A stretch of DNA of 60,816 nucleotides, counting the filler, from Sphacelaria rigidula (Eukaryota): the NCBI GenBank assembly GCA_964200075.2. It is 6 parts of 6 records of this genome, joined end to end, with 100 filler letters (N's around TTAATTAATTAA, not from the genome) between each part and the next. Parts side by side here need not be neighbours in the genome. Positions count along the whole stretch, not along the records: positions 1 to 10,054 come from CAXNAA020007241.1; 5 more parts are not named here. One strand, given 5' to 3'. The translations under genes and the position numbers were made by a program. The notes below the pieces were generated by a model, which was not told the DNA's origin, did not search any database, and saw only the letters and a list, made by a program, of their open reading frames with translations. This document shows positions 1 through 10,154 of the stretch, piece by piece; position 1 is the stretch's first letter, and the number at the start of each line of letters is the position of its first letter.

Positions 1-781
1 AGGCCGGTTTTAGCCCCAAAGGTGAAGACCCTATCGCAGCATCACTCGTCCCCCCCGTATGCTCGAATTTAAAAAAGGAACGGAAGATCGCAACCTCGCG
101 AAACATGTGCTAAACTTCACATAAAGTCATGCCACGCCGCAGGGGATGTATCCACAACAGAATTGTAGACAAGAGCGAACGAAGGTGTGGGCCAGTTTGT
201 ACGCGACGCAAAACGAAATCGTGGAAGAGAAGCTAATTATGTCGATGTATATCCCCCTCCTCTTGCAGGTACCACCGGCTGAAAGCCGCACGTCACCCGT
301 CCACGGTATACACCGATATTTGCAAGAGCCCATCCCACCGCCCATTCACATTTCCTTCACCCGTCCTAGATAAGTTTTTCCTCCATCGGTTCCCCGAAGA
401 CCTTACAATAAAAGGCACAAAGCAAATAGCGAGAAATCAGAAACGAGAGTGAGATATCAAGACGCGAAATCGTTGAACATGATTACGGGAGTTGACGTGG
501 ACGACGTCAGATGTGAAGGAGAACCCGCCCATATTCGAGTGTCATACGGGCAATGGTTCCTTGTGTCCCGTGCGTGTTTTTGGAGCGGACCGCACGGCAG
601 AGTATAAGATAGGCAAGGGGCAAAGTGAACGAAAGAAGATGCGTACACAAACCAATGTGGAAGCTGAAGGCAGCGAGAATACATATGGGAAAGGGGAAAA
701 GTGGTTGACACTGACTACAGCATGATAGATTGGAAGTTGATAGGGTGAGGTGGGATGACATGAAAATAGAGAGTGTGTGTA

Positions 782-1095
782 GGGGGGGGGGTACTTATTT
801 ATTGCTTGCCTTAGTCGTTTGACCATTGACCACACATCACTTTCGAGACGAAGCACCGTTCCTACTCGTTAGAGGCACCCCTTCAGCATTTGGGAGTCCA
901 TTGCGTCTATTCCAAACAATACACAAAAACCATTTACATGTCGTATCCCCGTCCCGTTTCGCCGTTTGTGGCCACCATCTATTTCCTAGTATAGTCATCG
1001 TTTTTTCCCCGTCGCCAAATGCATCAAACGATTTCATGCCACCTTCGTTCACGCCCCGCATTTCCCCCTCTGGCACGTCCCGCTCCTCCTTGTAA
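782..1095 (-). mobile_element. 3' end of a high-copy non-LTR (LINE-like) retrotransposon
   Basis: Minus-strand peptide EERDVPEGEMRGVNEGGMKSFDAFGDGEKTMTILGNRWWPQTAK followed by the tail AGGAACGGTGC..CGAAAG..GTGGTCAATGGTCAAACGACTAAGGCAAGCAA..GTAC-poly(C). The same tail recurs at about 7240-7325, 10020-10054, 10155-10225, 50767-50834 and 54235-54325. Confidence 0.6.
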
Positions 1096-1544
1096 GAGCG
1101 TGTGGGGAGGGGAGGGCGGGCTACAGGGAGTTGCCTTATCCGACGCGTAAGTGGTAGACAAATATCCCGGAGCTGCGTTCATAGCTCCCCCGGCGCCGAG
1201 TAAACATATGTAGACCACATGTTGTAGGAAATGCTGTGACCCCGCAGAACCATTGTTCGATCCGTCATATTTCAACATATAATCTGACTACACTAGATCC
1301 TTGTACATTGTGATACCATCGCACCGAGGAAGGGTGACCCGGACAGCCCATACCACACTATCACATCGTCTTCACGAGCATAGCTGCTACCGTGAAAAGG
1401 TCAACGACACAATCTTCACCATCGCGTTGGCCCGTTTATAAAACCACGTCACACACGCATGTTCAGTACATTCTCAATCATCCACTTGGCCGTTCTATTG
1501 TTAGTTGCCATATTTGATAGGCATATTCCCCGTGACGCCACAAA

Positions 1545-1750
1545 GTGGTCGCTCCGGCCAATCTCACCGCCCGTAACGTGGTTAGTGCCATATAATCCTT
1601 CAAACAACTACACAACGAAAGGAACACAGATTTACCGTACCGACGTTTCGTCGTCGCCCCGGCCAAACTCTCCGCCCGTAACGTGTTCAGTGCCATACAA
1701 TCCTTCGAAAAGTTGCCTAACAAGAGGAATACAGATTGCCGCACCGACGG
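1545..1750. repeat. Imperfect direct repeat, 105-bp period, 2 copies
   Basis: CCGGCCAATCTCACCGCCCGTAACGTGGTTAGTGCCATATAATCCTTC at 1554 and CCGGCCAAACTCTCCGCCCGTAACGTGTTCAGTGCCATACAATCCTTC at 1659. Confidence 0.85.
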
Positions 1751-2029
1751 GTTACCAACATGCCAATGCATCCATGAGTCGATCCAACCATGTTGACGTG
1801 GACACCCTCTTCTCCGAAGCACACCTGGAGAGCCATTAGACGGACAAGGAACGTGTATGCAAAAAGACTGTGGGACAAGCATCAACGAAATCACTCGGCT
1901 TCCGCCACAATACGTCGACTTTGCTAAAATAGCTTCAACGGCGTACTCGACGAGAGTGGTTGCCAACACAATGGACACCTTACACCAGCCTTTTCAGGAC
2001 GCATGCATTTGTCCTGCCGCAAAAACTCG

Positions 2030-3532
2030 TCAACAAACGCAGATGAATACCGAATAGTACGGCAACAGAAAGGCATCGCACCTGTCATGAATACGCGTAT
2101 AGTTGATACCGGATGTTTTTGCAGCAATGACTCCCGGAATCTCTCCTTTCTTGGCGAGTACTTCCGATATAATCGCACACGAGAACCGCTCGTACAACCC
2201 CTCCTGTGCATGAGGGCGGACGACAATATGCGAAACCTTCTTCCCGGTAAACTTGTCGGTCCCCGTTGCAAGGACGAAGCGCTCAGTAATATTTTCGGAC
2301 AAAGTCTCGAAGAATAAGATTCCAGAATAGGCGTGCCTCTTGATCACAGCCTCGCCGCATGCGGTGTTCACCGTCGCTGCGATTGTACTGCCGAGGGCAC
2401 AGATCCTCATGCACTCGTGCAGGATTCCGGCGTACCCACGCGTGCGCATCCATATCCATGTGTCCAGTATCACCCTGCCATCCCGTGCTCCTGCGTAGGT
2501 GGCATCATCCGGCGCGACGTTGACGAAGTCGGCGCCTTCGCCGACTGCGACATATCGTCTGTCGAAGATGGAAAAAGCACCGACATTCACAGATTCACAA
2601 ACCTTGTACGTGGAGAAGTTGGCACTGCGGATACCGTAACCGACCATGTCGATCTGGAACGGTTTGGCAGCTTCATCGTTCAGCATGTTGATGAAAAAGA
2701 AGCCAAGTGCGTAGTCGACGTGAATGTAGCTGTTAGATTTGAAAAATCCATGCCGATCTAGAAGTGCTCGAACTCCTCGGATGTCGTCGTATGCACCCTT
2801 TGCTGTTGTACACCCCGTGAGGAAGACGATGACACCGTCCTCCGGCTTCAGGTCGGCGGACTGTGATAGAATGAGCTCGACGTCCGTGAGATCGATTTGG
2901 CCATTTTCTGTGCCGGCGCACCTTTTGATTCTGTGTTCCGGGAGACCAAGATACCTACAGGCCCCCGAGATGGCGTTGTGGCCTTCCGATGAGCAAACGA
3001 TGAATGCGTTCTTGTAACTCGCCAAAGCGTTCCTCAAAGCGTTGCGAATTGCTATCGTGCTTGACGCGCAGGATACAACTTCAAAGTGTTTGATGGGCTT
3101 GTCATACTCAGTGATCGCGATGAGCATGTCGCATAACTCCGTCTCCATATCAAAAACATTGCAGCCTTTGTAACCAGATGTCCTATGCGGCCCGACGTTG
3201 ACAATCACGTACTTCGTCAGCTCATCGTAGACCTGCTTGAAAGACATATTTCCGATGTCAGTGGTTGGTATGTCGTTCCTGGCTCCCGTCGCATGGTTGT
3301 TGAGGCAAGCTATCGGGTCCGCGAATGGCGTAGCAGGATATCCAGCATAATTCACGGAGAGAGATCTGAAGTTGGCGAGCTTGTCCTTCAACGTCTCCAA
3401 CACCGCGGCTGGGCACAATGCGTGGCAGTAGATTGACGTCTGTAGTTCGAAGCGCAGGGCTGACGTGGCCGTCGCCAGTGTGGGAAACGACGCTGCCGAA
3501 GAACCCTGTGGCGGCACGAGAGAAGCCTCCAT
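2030..3532 (-). CDS. PLP-dependent group II amino-acid decarboxylase-like protein (histidine/serine decarboxylase clade), divergent and intronless
   Basis: Uninterrupted 500-aa ORF colinear with bacterial HDC and plant SDC motifs: YAGYP (GYP), NVFDMETEL (NSFDFEKEV), SSEGHNA (SKDTHYS), ENGQID (NGEID), TTAKGAYDDI (TTVRGAIDDI), YIHVDYALG (YLHADAAL), IRSANFSTYK (IDSIGVSGHK, PLP Lys310), DATYAGARDG (DKTITGSRNG), FVLAT...SHIVVRPH. Confidence 0.9.
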   Translation of the reverse strand: MEASLVPPQGSSAASFPTLATATSALRFELQTSIYCHALCPAAVLETLKDKLANFRSLSVNYAGYPATPFADPIACLNNHATGARNDIPTTDIGNMSFKQVYDELTKYVIVNVGPHRTSGYKGCNVFDMETELCDMLIAITEYDKPIKHFEVVSCASSTIAIRNALRNALASYKNAFIVCSSEGHNAISGACRYLGLPEHRIKRCAGTENGQIDLTDVELILSQSADLKPEDGVIVFLTGCTTAKGAYDDIRGVRALLDRHGFFKSNSYIHVDYALGFFFINMLNDEAAKPFQIDMVGYGIRSANFSTYKVCESVNVGAFSIFDRRYVAVGEGADFVNVAPDDATYAGARDGRVILDTWIWMRTRGYAGILHECMRICALGSTIAATVNTACGEAVIKRHAYSGILFFETLSENITERFVLATGTDKFTGKKVSHIVVRPHAQEGLYERFSCAIISEVLAKKGEIPGVIAAKTSGINYTRIHDRCDAFLLPYYSVFICVC

Positions 3533-3725
3533 TTGAGGATCTCCCGGAAAAACAAAATTGCCTCGAGAAGTGCGTGGCAGGTGTACGGAATGACTGGTTG
3601 AGATACGTCAACCTCCCAACAGAGAGCAGGACGCCAGCACGACTGGAGCCTGCGTTTTGCCACGAAACGGTGTAAACGCAGGAATAGCATTTCGGTGGTG
3701 AATATTTCCGTGGGCAGTGTGATTT

Positions 3726-3835
3726 ACACATGCGATCGAGCCAGACAAACGTCGAGAATGCCTGCGCAGGATCAGGTAAGGTTTCCGTAAACATGCGATT
3801 GAGCCAAACGTATGCCGACAATGCTCGCGTGGCAT
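3726..3835. repeat. Imperfect direct repeat, 63-bp period, 2 copies, upstream of the decarboxylase
   Basis: ACACATGCGATCGAGCCAGACAAACGTCGAGAATGC at 3726 versus AAACATGCGATTGAGCCAAACGTATGCCGACAATGC at 3789. Confidence 0.75.
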
Positions 3836-5311
3836 CCAGTAGGGTTGTTTCTAAGAATGCAGGACACGGTTGATCTCTGGAACAACTATTCTCCATTGCC
3901 AGTAGCCTGCAAGTTCGGCACGTTGTCTACTGTATTGTAGGTGCGTTGTCTACACAACTCGGACCACTACGCCCACGTAGTCCGGTCGATTTTTGTGTGA
4001 TGCATATCTCCTGCGTGATCATAAGAACCTAGAGCACAACGCAGGAGTGGTGGGCTCTGTGTCCTGAGTCCGACGAAAGTCGATACATGGGTCAACCTCT
4101 CATGTCGTAGCTCATACCAAGGGAGACAATGGAGAGTTTCGGAAAACAGTTTTCTCCCATCTTAGAGTCAGAGTGGAAGGGAAATAGCCGGTAACGGTGC
4201 ATAGTCCACTCTGATTTGTTTTCTAGTTTGCACCACTTTACTCTGAAAATCGTTGTTCCTCTTCAAACTTCATACCGGAATAAAAGAGAATCTCGCCCAC
4301 CTTCACCACCACGGTCACGTCAAGTCTGAAGTCAATACACCCTAACAAGCAAAGTGGGACATTGACCATCCATCAGAACTGCCATGCTCACCACAATGGG
4401 TCATTCACGAAGTAGAAAAGCTTGGCATCGCAATCAGAAGACCTCCCTGACGCGGCCATGGTATCAGCATTCGCTTGGTTGTGTTGCGTGAAAATTCAAA
4501 TGCTCGACGGGTACACGTTGCCTTCGGTGTAGTTTCTTATTCTCGTCCGCTTCAGCTGAAGGAAGGCGGTGGGCACGATTCGTAGTCTACAGCGCACAAG
4601 CAATACTACACCTGACTGTAGTCCCATTCCGTTCGAGATTTCGGCGTCTTGCACTACCGTTATGAGTAGCATGTTGCAAAATCATGGCATGCGGCTTCGG
4701 TCTGTTGTGTGGAAGTCCTGCGTGCCGTACCCTACTACTGTTTGTACAACTGAATCTCTGTACGATATCGCTGTACCGTAGTTCACCGCATCGCAATACA
4801 CTGTTGTAGGCTTCTATATTGCACTATCTGTACTGCACTGTTTGTACTCCACGCTGCATAGCACTACAGCACTACTACAGCCTGCAGTGCCCTGTCGTGC
4901 GCCGTGATGGATTGAAGTACTCCAGGTGCAGTGAATAAGCGTAGTGTACGGTGCGTACGGTGCCGAAGAATACGGCACTACAGCGTTGTGCCGGCCTACG
5001 CACCTTCGAAGTGAACGCTGGTCTATCGTACATTTGGCGGGGCAACTTGTCGGTAATCACTGCGACATAAAAACATAACGTCAAGCCACATCACACCAGC
5101 TTCCGCTTTCAACTTTTCAACGACCACTGTGAAGTTTTGAAGCTTCCACTCTGCACTCTGACTTGATGATAGAAAAAAAACATTTTGCGAAAGTCTGTAA
5201 CTTTTGGCAACATTGAGAGTAGAGCGTTGATTGACTGTGAGTTTCATCACCTGCTTCAACATGACCAATGTTTCATCCTGTGTATGCTTGTCTTCACCTG
5301 TAACACTGGAA

Positions 5312-5735
5312 AACAGTGGATTTTCGAAAATGGGGTCGAAAAACAAAATGATGTTCAACTCAAAAGCCGTGCTTGACCTGACCTAAATTGATGACAAAGA
5401 CGACTTTCATATGGACGACCCCATCCCTCCCGGCCTCCCTAAACCTATTTTGGGGCATTTCTAGCTTTTCGTTCCCCCGAAGGGTATGTGCGAAAGCACG
5501 ATTTTTGGGCAAAAAAGGGTGTTTTTTTCACTCTCAAAATCGAGGCAATATGTGCTTTCGCACATACCTCTTGGGGGAGCGAAAGGATAGATATCCCCCG
5601 ACTAGTTTTAGGGAGGTCTGGAGGGATGAGGTTGTTCATATGAAAGTCATTCGTCATTAATTTAGATCAGGGAAAGCACGGCTTCTGAGTCGAGCCTCAT
5701 TTTGTTTTCGACCCCATTTTCGAGAATCCACTGTT
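5312..5735. mobile_element. Foldback/MITE element with about 190-bp inverted arms, family A
   Basis: AACAGTGGATTTTCGAAAATGGGGTCGAAAAACAAAATGA... pairs with ...TCATTTTGTTTTCGACCCCATTTTCGAGAATCCACTGTT. Inner arms GTATGTGCGAAAGCAC / GTGCTTTCGCACATAC. A related copy lies at 18678-19100. Confidence 0.85.
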
Positions 5736-5879
5736 GGATGTGGGTGTTTTCTCACACAATGCTCAACAGGGGAGAGCGACCATGTCGTGGGTAGACAAAT
5801 TAGACTCGGGGGTCGATATGGGAAACGGATTGTTGATCCTCTCTCGCGGCAAAAAAGAGGCAACCACCGCAGGAGGAAG

Positions 5880-6030
5880 GTCGAGCACTAAAACAAAGGA
5901 AAGACCGAACAACTTCGGTGTCGGCCTCCTTCCTGTGTGACCCTGGCTGATGCGCCCACATATACCGGAAGGTGTAGACTGGTGTCCAGAATAGATGAAA
6001 TGACAAGACATACCCAACAACAAACACACT
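5880..6030 (+). repeat. Dispersed SINE/LINE-tail repeat, shared with 17560-17695
   Basis: CCTGTGTGACCCTGGCTGATGCGCCCACATATACCGGAAGGTGTAGACTGGTGTCCAGAATA closely matches 17598-17660. Confidence 0.7.
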
Positions 6031-6192
6031 GGCGTGTCCTCATGGCTACATGTCGATATCCTACTCATGGTATGAAGGACTTCGGTGGGAAACGACTACA
6101 TGAGGCATTTTGGGCCTCGTGGAGAGTCGTTTCGGAACTAAAACGATTCATTCACCAATTGATCGCTTTTCACTCGTAATCGTATCCTTTAC

Positions 6193-7374
6193 CAAGGGGC
6201 CACACATCGGGAAATCACGGCACCACGCCCCCCCTTGTCACCACAATCTCATTCTGGGGCAGGAGGAGGGGGGGGGGGGTTCCCAAATTTCGATGGGGGG
6301 TGCTCCACTTGATCGTTGGATGATGGCGATAGTACTTGCTCTACTGAGATTATAAAAAATATATTTAATAATTAATAATAAGCAATTAATGATCAACAAT
6401 TAATAATAAACGATGAATAATAAACAAAAATGAAGAATAAAAAAAAGGATATACATGCATCATGTATATGGCATGTGGACAGCCTCACATCCAGCATCTT
6501 CCTTTGCGTCGTTCTTCTGCTAATGTAATTTTTGGCTCACTACATTATTCCTCCGGTCCATATCTCTCGGGTGGCGGGGTGTGGAACCTTCAAATAAACA
6601 ATAAACAATAAACAATAAATAACGAATATTAAACAGTAGTTTATAATGAAAATAATAAAACGTCCCCTTTGCCATGTATTCATGTGTTGTGTCGCAGTGC
6701 AGTATGGTGACGACATGTCGAGATGCACGTTGGATGAACGCCGCTCGAACGCGGGCGAACTACGTGATCATATAAAATTCTATGTATGATGAGATTTCCA
6801 TGCCGGTTAGTAATCTCGACGTCAGGTTATATCACGAGAATAGCACGTATGTTGCACAAGATATTACGGATCATTCGGTAGCAGCACGGAAATACTCATC
6901 ATACACCGCTCTCCTCAGCATGGCGGCCGTGTACCACTGCAGCAGCTTGGCGGAAGTATTAAGTTGGTGACCGACGGTCACGCCGAAGCTAGCGCACTCA
7001 ATAGTCATTATCTAGCGATCATCGCGACTCCCAAGTCATTATCCAGCCGGCAAAATTGCTCCCTTACGGCCACAAGAACGATTGACCCACCAGAACACCT
7101 CGGTTCTGGGCTGCTCGTGTCGAGGAGAGGATCCTAGGTGATGGGATTGATCGGTTAATTCTGGATATTTGTTGAAAAACGGGAAGAATATGGCTTTTGC
7201 ACAGCTGATGTGGTCATTTCCTCATTCTCGACCCCTTGGGGGGGGAGCGGGGAGGGTACCCATTTGTTGCTTGCCTTAGTCGTTCGACCATTGACTACGC
7301 ATCCCTTTCGAGGCGGAGCACCGTTGGGGGGGGGGGCAGGCTGGTGCGGTGATTTCCCAATGTGGGACCCCTTG
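6193..7374. mobile_element. Degenerate hAT-like TIR element of about 1.18 kb with a nested LINE tail
   Basis: TIRs CAAGGGGCCACACATCGGGAAATCACGGCACCA (6193) and TGGTGCGGTGATTTCCCAATGTGGGACCCCTTG (ends 7374). Flanks CCTTTAC / CCTTTAT resemble an imperfect TSD. Confidence 0.6.
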
Positions 7375-7922
7375 CCTTTATTCTCCATCTCACCAAGACG
7401 TTGTTGGGAGTGAAATGTCTTTGGCGTGGGGAAGCCGACAAACATTTGTTCATTGTAAAATGATGAATACACAGCAGTGGGCTTTGTACTTCAGCAACAG
7501 ACGAAGCTTTACATCGCCGCAATCGACGGGGGAAGCATCGGCCTCGACCCTGGCCCTTCTGCATCCCCCCCGCACTCCTGACATTCCGACGTGTGGCACC
7601 ACGTCGGCAGCACCCCCACACTACTTTTGTTCTCAAACGCAGGGTTGCGGACTTAACCGTTTTTCGAAGATTGTTCCTGTTAGCGTTTGACAGGACATAA
7701 TCATCCCAGATCTGTTGTCTCGGTCATGACGACGGCACGCATTTCTGGGTGGCGCACGGCTGTGTTGCAAACTCAGACGAATCAATCTATTTCGTTGTTT
7801 TCAAAACTGCCATCGAGAGCAAAATGTGGTAAAGCTAGTTACGGGACAACGAGATCATGAACCATAAAACATTTCGTTCTATACTTTCTCCATTGCGTAG
7901 AACGTTTTTTTATGGGTACTCC

Positions 7923-8139
7923 TGAAATGCGTGAGAGAACCGCGTGCTTAGAGGACCGCATCGGAATTTGAACATCCCTATGGTTAGGGTTAGGGTTAGG
8001 GTTAGGGATAGTGTTAGAGTTATAGTCAGGGGTGTGGTACCTCCAGGGATTGACTCGATTGGTTTTGAAAAACGTCGATCCTGAGGTGTTTTCAACAACG
8101 GCACGGTCCTCTAAGCACGCGGTCCTCTCACGCATTACA
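7923..8139. mobile_element. TGT...ACA MITE with internal (TTAGGG)n, copy 1 (Ginger-like, inferred)
   Basis: 37-bp TIR with consensus TGTAATGCGTGAGAGGACCGCGTGCTTAGAGGACCGC, internal GGTTAGGGTTAGGGTTAGGGTTAGGG, TSD CTCC/CTCC. Confidence 0.9.
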
Positions 8140-8610
8140 CTCCGATCATAAACCGGTTGCCTACCTTTGCCGATTTTTTCCCTCGCTCGTCTAATGTCGC
8201 CGAACAGCGACACGCGGCAATCAAAAGTAAGGACGAACCAAAACTAGAGCCCACTTAAAACACCACCAGACGCGTACAGTTTGCTTCCTCTGACACCTCT
8301 CCACCACCTAGCTGCCCTCCCCCGCCCCCCCCGCCCCGTAACCCGTCAAGCGTGCGCCGTGCATATTTGAGTTTGGATCTCGAGTTCGTGGGCAAGGAGT
8401 CCTTCCCTTCCGTTTCGAGCGGGATCAGATGTAGGTCTGCCATGTTGTCAACTACAGCAATCCTTGGCAACTGTGATGCGTGGTATCTTTTAAATCTTTA
8501 ATAGGCATATCGTCGACCTAAAGTCTAGTACGTGGGTCAACGGATGGCTCCGTCCGCTGCATCGAGCGCTCAAAGGTACCCTCGATTTTTATACTGCGCA
8601 GGCTACGAAG

Positions 8611-9560
8611 TTGTCCACCATGTTCGTCACTCACCTCGACTACGTCGCTCGTAACATCACGCTCGATACAAGCAGATATAACGCTTTCTCACTGTCACTC
8701 AAATTGATCAGTCCCTTCCTTGACACAAGTTATGAAGATAAATCAATCGAACCTCTCCTCACGTTCAAGCTACCGGTGAAAACGCCATTCGACCAGTATC
8801 TAAAAAACCTCGTACGTTGATTTCTGTCACTGTTGACGGAGGGCGTGAGCTAGTCTCCACACAGGAGATGGTAATAAGTATTTCCGTTCCAGTATGGGAC
8901 GGCGGTATCCCAGCCTGATGCCGGCGATATTTGTGGGCGTTACGGCAACCGCTTCGCTTCCGTTCCCGACCTCGATGGTATTTGGAGACAATCAGATGGA
9001 TTGCGGTCAAACTGGACTCCGGCGATAGACGTGACGGATGCGAAGCAAACTGACACCTCAGCGAGCGGCGGCACTGCCCACGCTTCCGTCACTCTACCGT
9101 CCTTTTCGGTAGCCGCACCTACTGCGTCACGATCGCAGCCTTATCGCTTTAAAGCGAGTCAGCCTGCGTGGATTCCTGGGTCCATGACCACAACTGCTGA
9201 GGCCGTGTTCACAGTCCCTGTGCAGCACCCTGACGCGTTTGCCAGTCAATTCCCCAGTTGGCCCTTTGCGGCAGAGATTTGGACTTCGGTTTTCAAAGTT
9301 AGCAATTCCATGAATAACTCAGATCCCCCCTGCGGGCTCCTGATGTGGATCCTAACCTTAGGACCGAATTAATTCGCAATTGTAAGCACCGCTGCCTAAA
9401 CTGTGGAATTTGGTTCGATGAACAGACGGGGTACTCTGCGGACGGTCGCGTCCCGATGCACTCAATGCACAACTGTGAAGAACCTTTCACAAACTCGTTT
9501 GATGTACTTAACCCGATTTTCCTTGACCCACAATATGCACACTATTAGGGGACTCGTCAA
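8611..9560 (+). mobile_element. Decayed retroelement gag-like ORF with a zinc-knuckle-like motif
   Basis: Frame broken by stops and a frameshift, ending in CKHRCLNCGIWFDEQTGYSADGRVPMHSMHNCEEPFTNSFDVLNP (C-x2-C ... H-x4-C). Confidence 0.45.
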
Positions 9561-9732
9561 GCGCGTATGCATTCTTATCGTCGCTCTCACTCTGGCGACG
9601 CCCGCAAATCACACCAACGTCCAAGGCGCGGGAATCGCTACTGAAGTAACGAGCTCCGCGCCCCACACAACCAGTACCACCAACCCTACTGCTCAGCAGG
9701 CCGACGCTGCCCGCCCGAGCCTACCCTCCATA

Positions 9733-9862
9733 CCCTGGACAATAGAACACACGGTCAAAAAATGTACTGCGTACAGTATGGGTTCTATTGTCTATTGCAG
9801 TAGACGATAAATCCCATACTGTACGCAGTACATTTTTTCACCGTGTATTCTATTGTCCAGGG
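9733..9862. mobile_element. Small palindromic MITE with TA TSD (Tc1/mariner-like)
   Basis: TA|CCCTGGACAATAGAACACACGGTCAAAAAATGTACTGCGTACAGTATGGG ... CCCATACTGTACGCAGTACATTTTTTCACCGTGTATTCTATTGTCCAGGG|TA. Confidence 0.85.
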
Positions 9863-10054
9863 TATGCTACCCTCCCCCCCCCCCTCCCCCCTCTCGAGCC
9901 TGGTCCGGTCAAAACCCGGCGTGCTCCGCCCCGGCTTTCTAGGGATGCGAGGTCTATGGTCTCATGACTATACCCCCCCAGGAAGGAAAGTAATGAGCAC
10001 CAGAATGTTGGAGATGTCTCTATTAGGAGTAGGAACGGTGCTCCGGCTCGAAAG

Positions 10055-10154
10055 NNNNNNNNNNNNNNNNNNNNNNNNNNNNNNNNNNNNNNNNNNNNTT
10101 AATTAATTAANNNNNNNNNNNNNNNNNNNNNNNNNNNNNNNNNNNNNNNNNNNN
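10055..10154. other. Artificial contig linker (N-TTAATTAATTAA-N)
   Basis: 100-bp N run with a six-frame-stop core, identical to the other four linkers. Confidence 0.98.

Noticed and set aside
7980-8010. (TTAGGG)n as a true telomere or chromosome-fusion scar
   Set aside because: Only about four units, enclosed by TIRs and a TSD, and repeated in four MITE copies.
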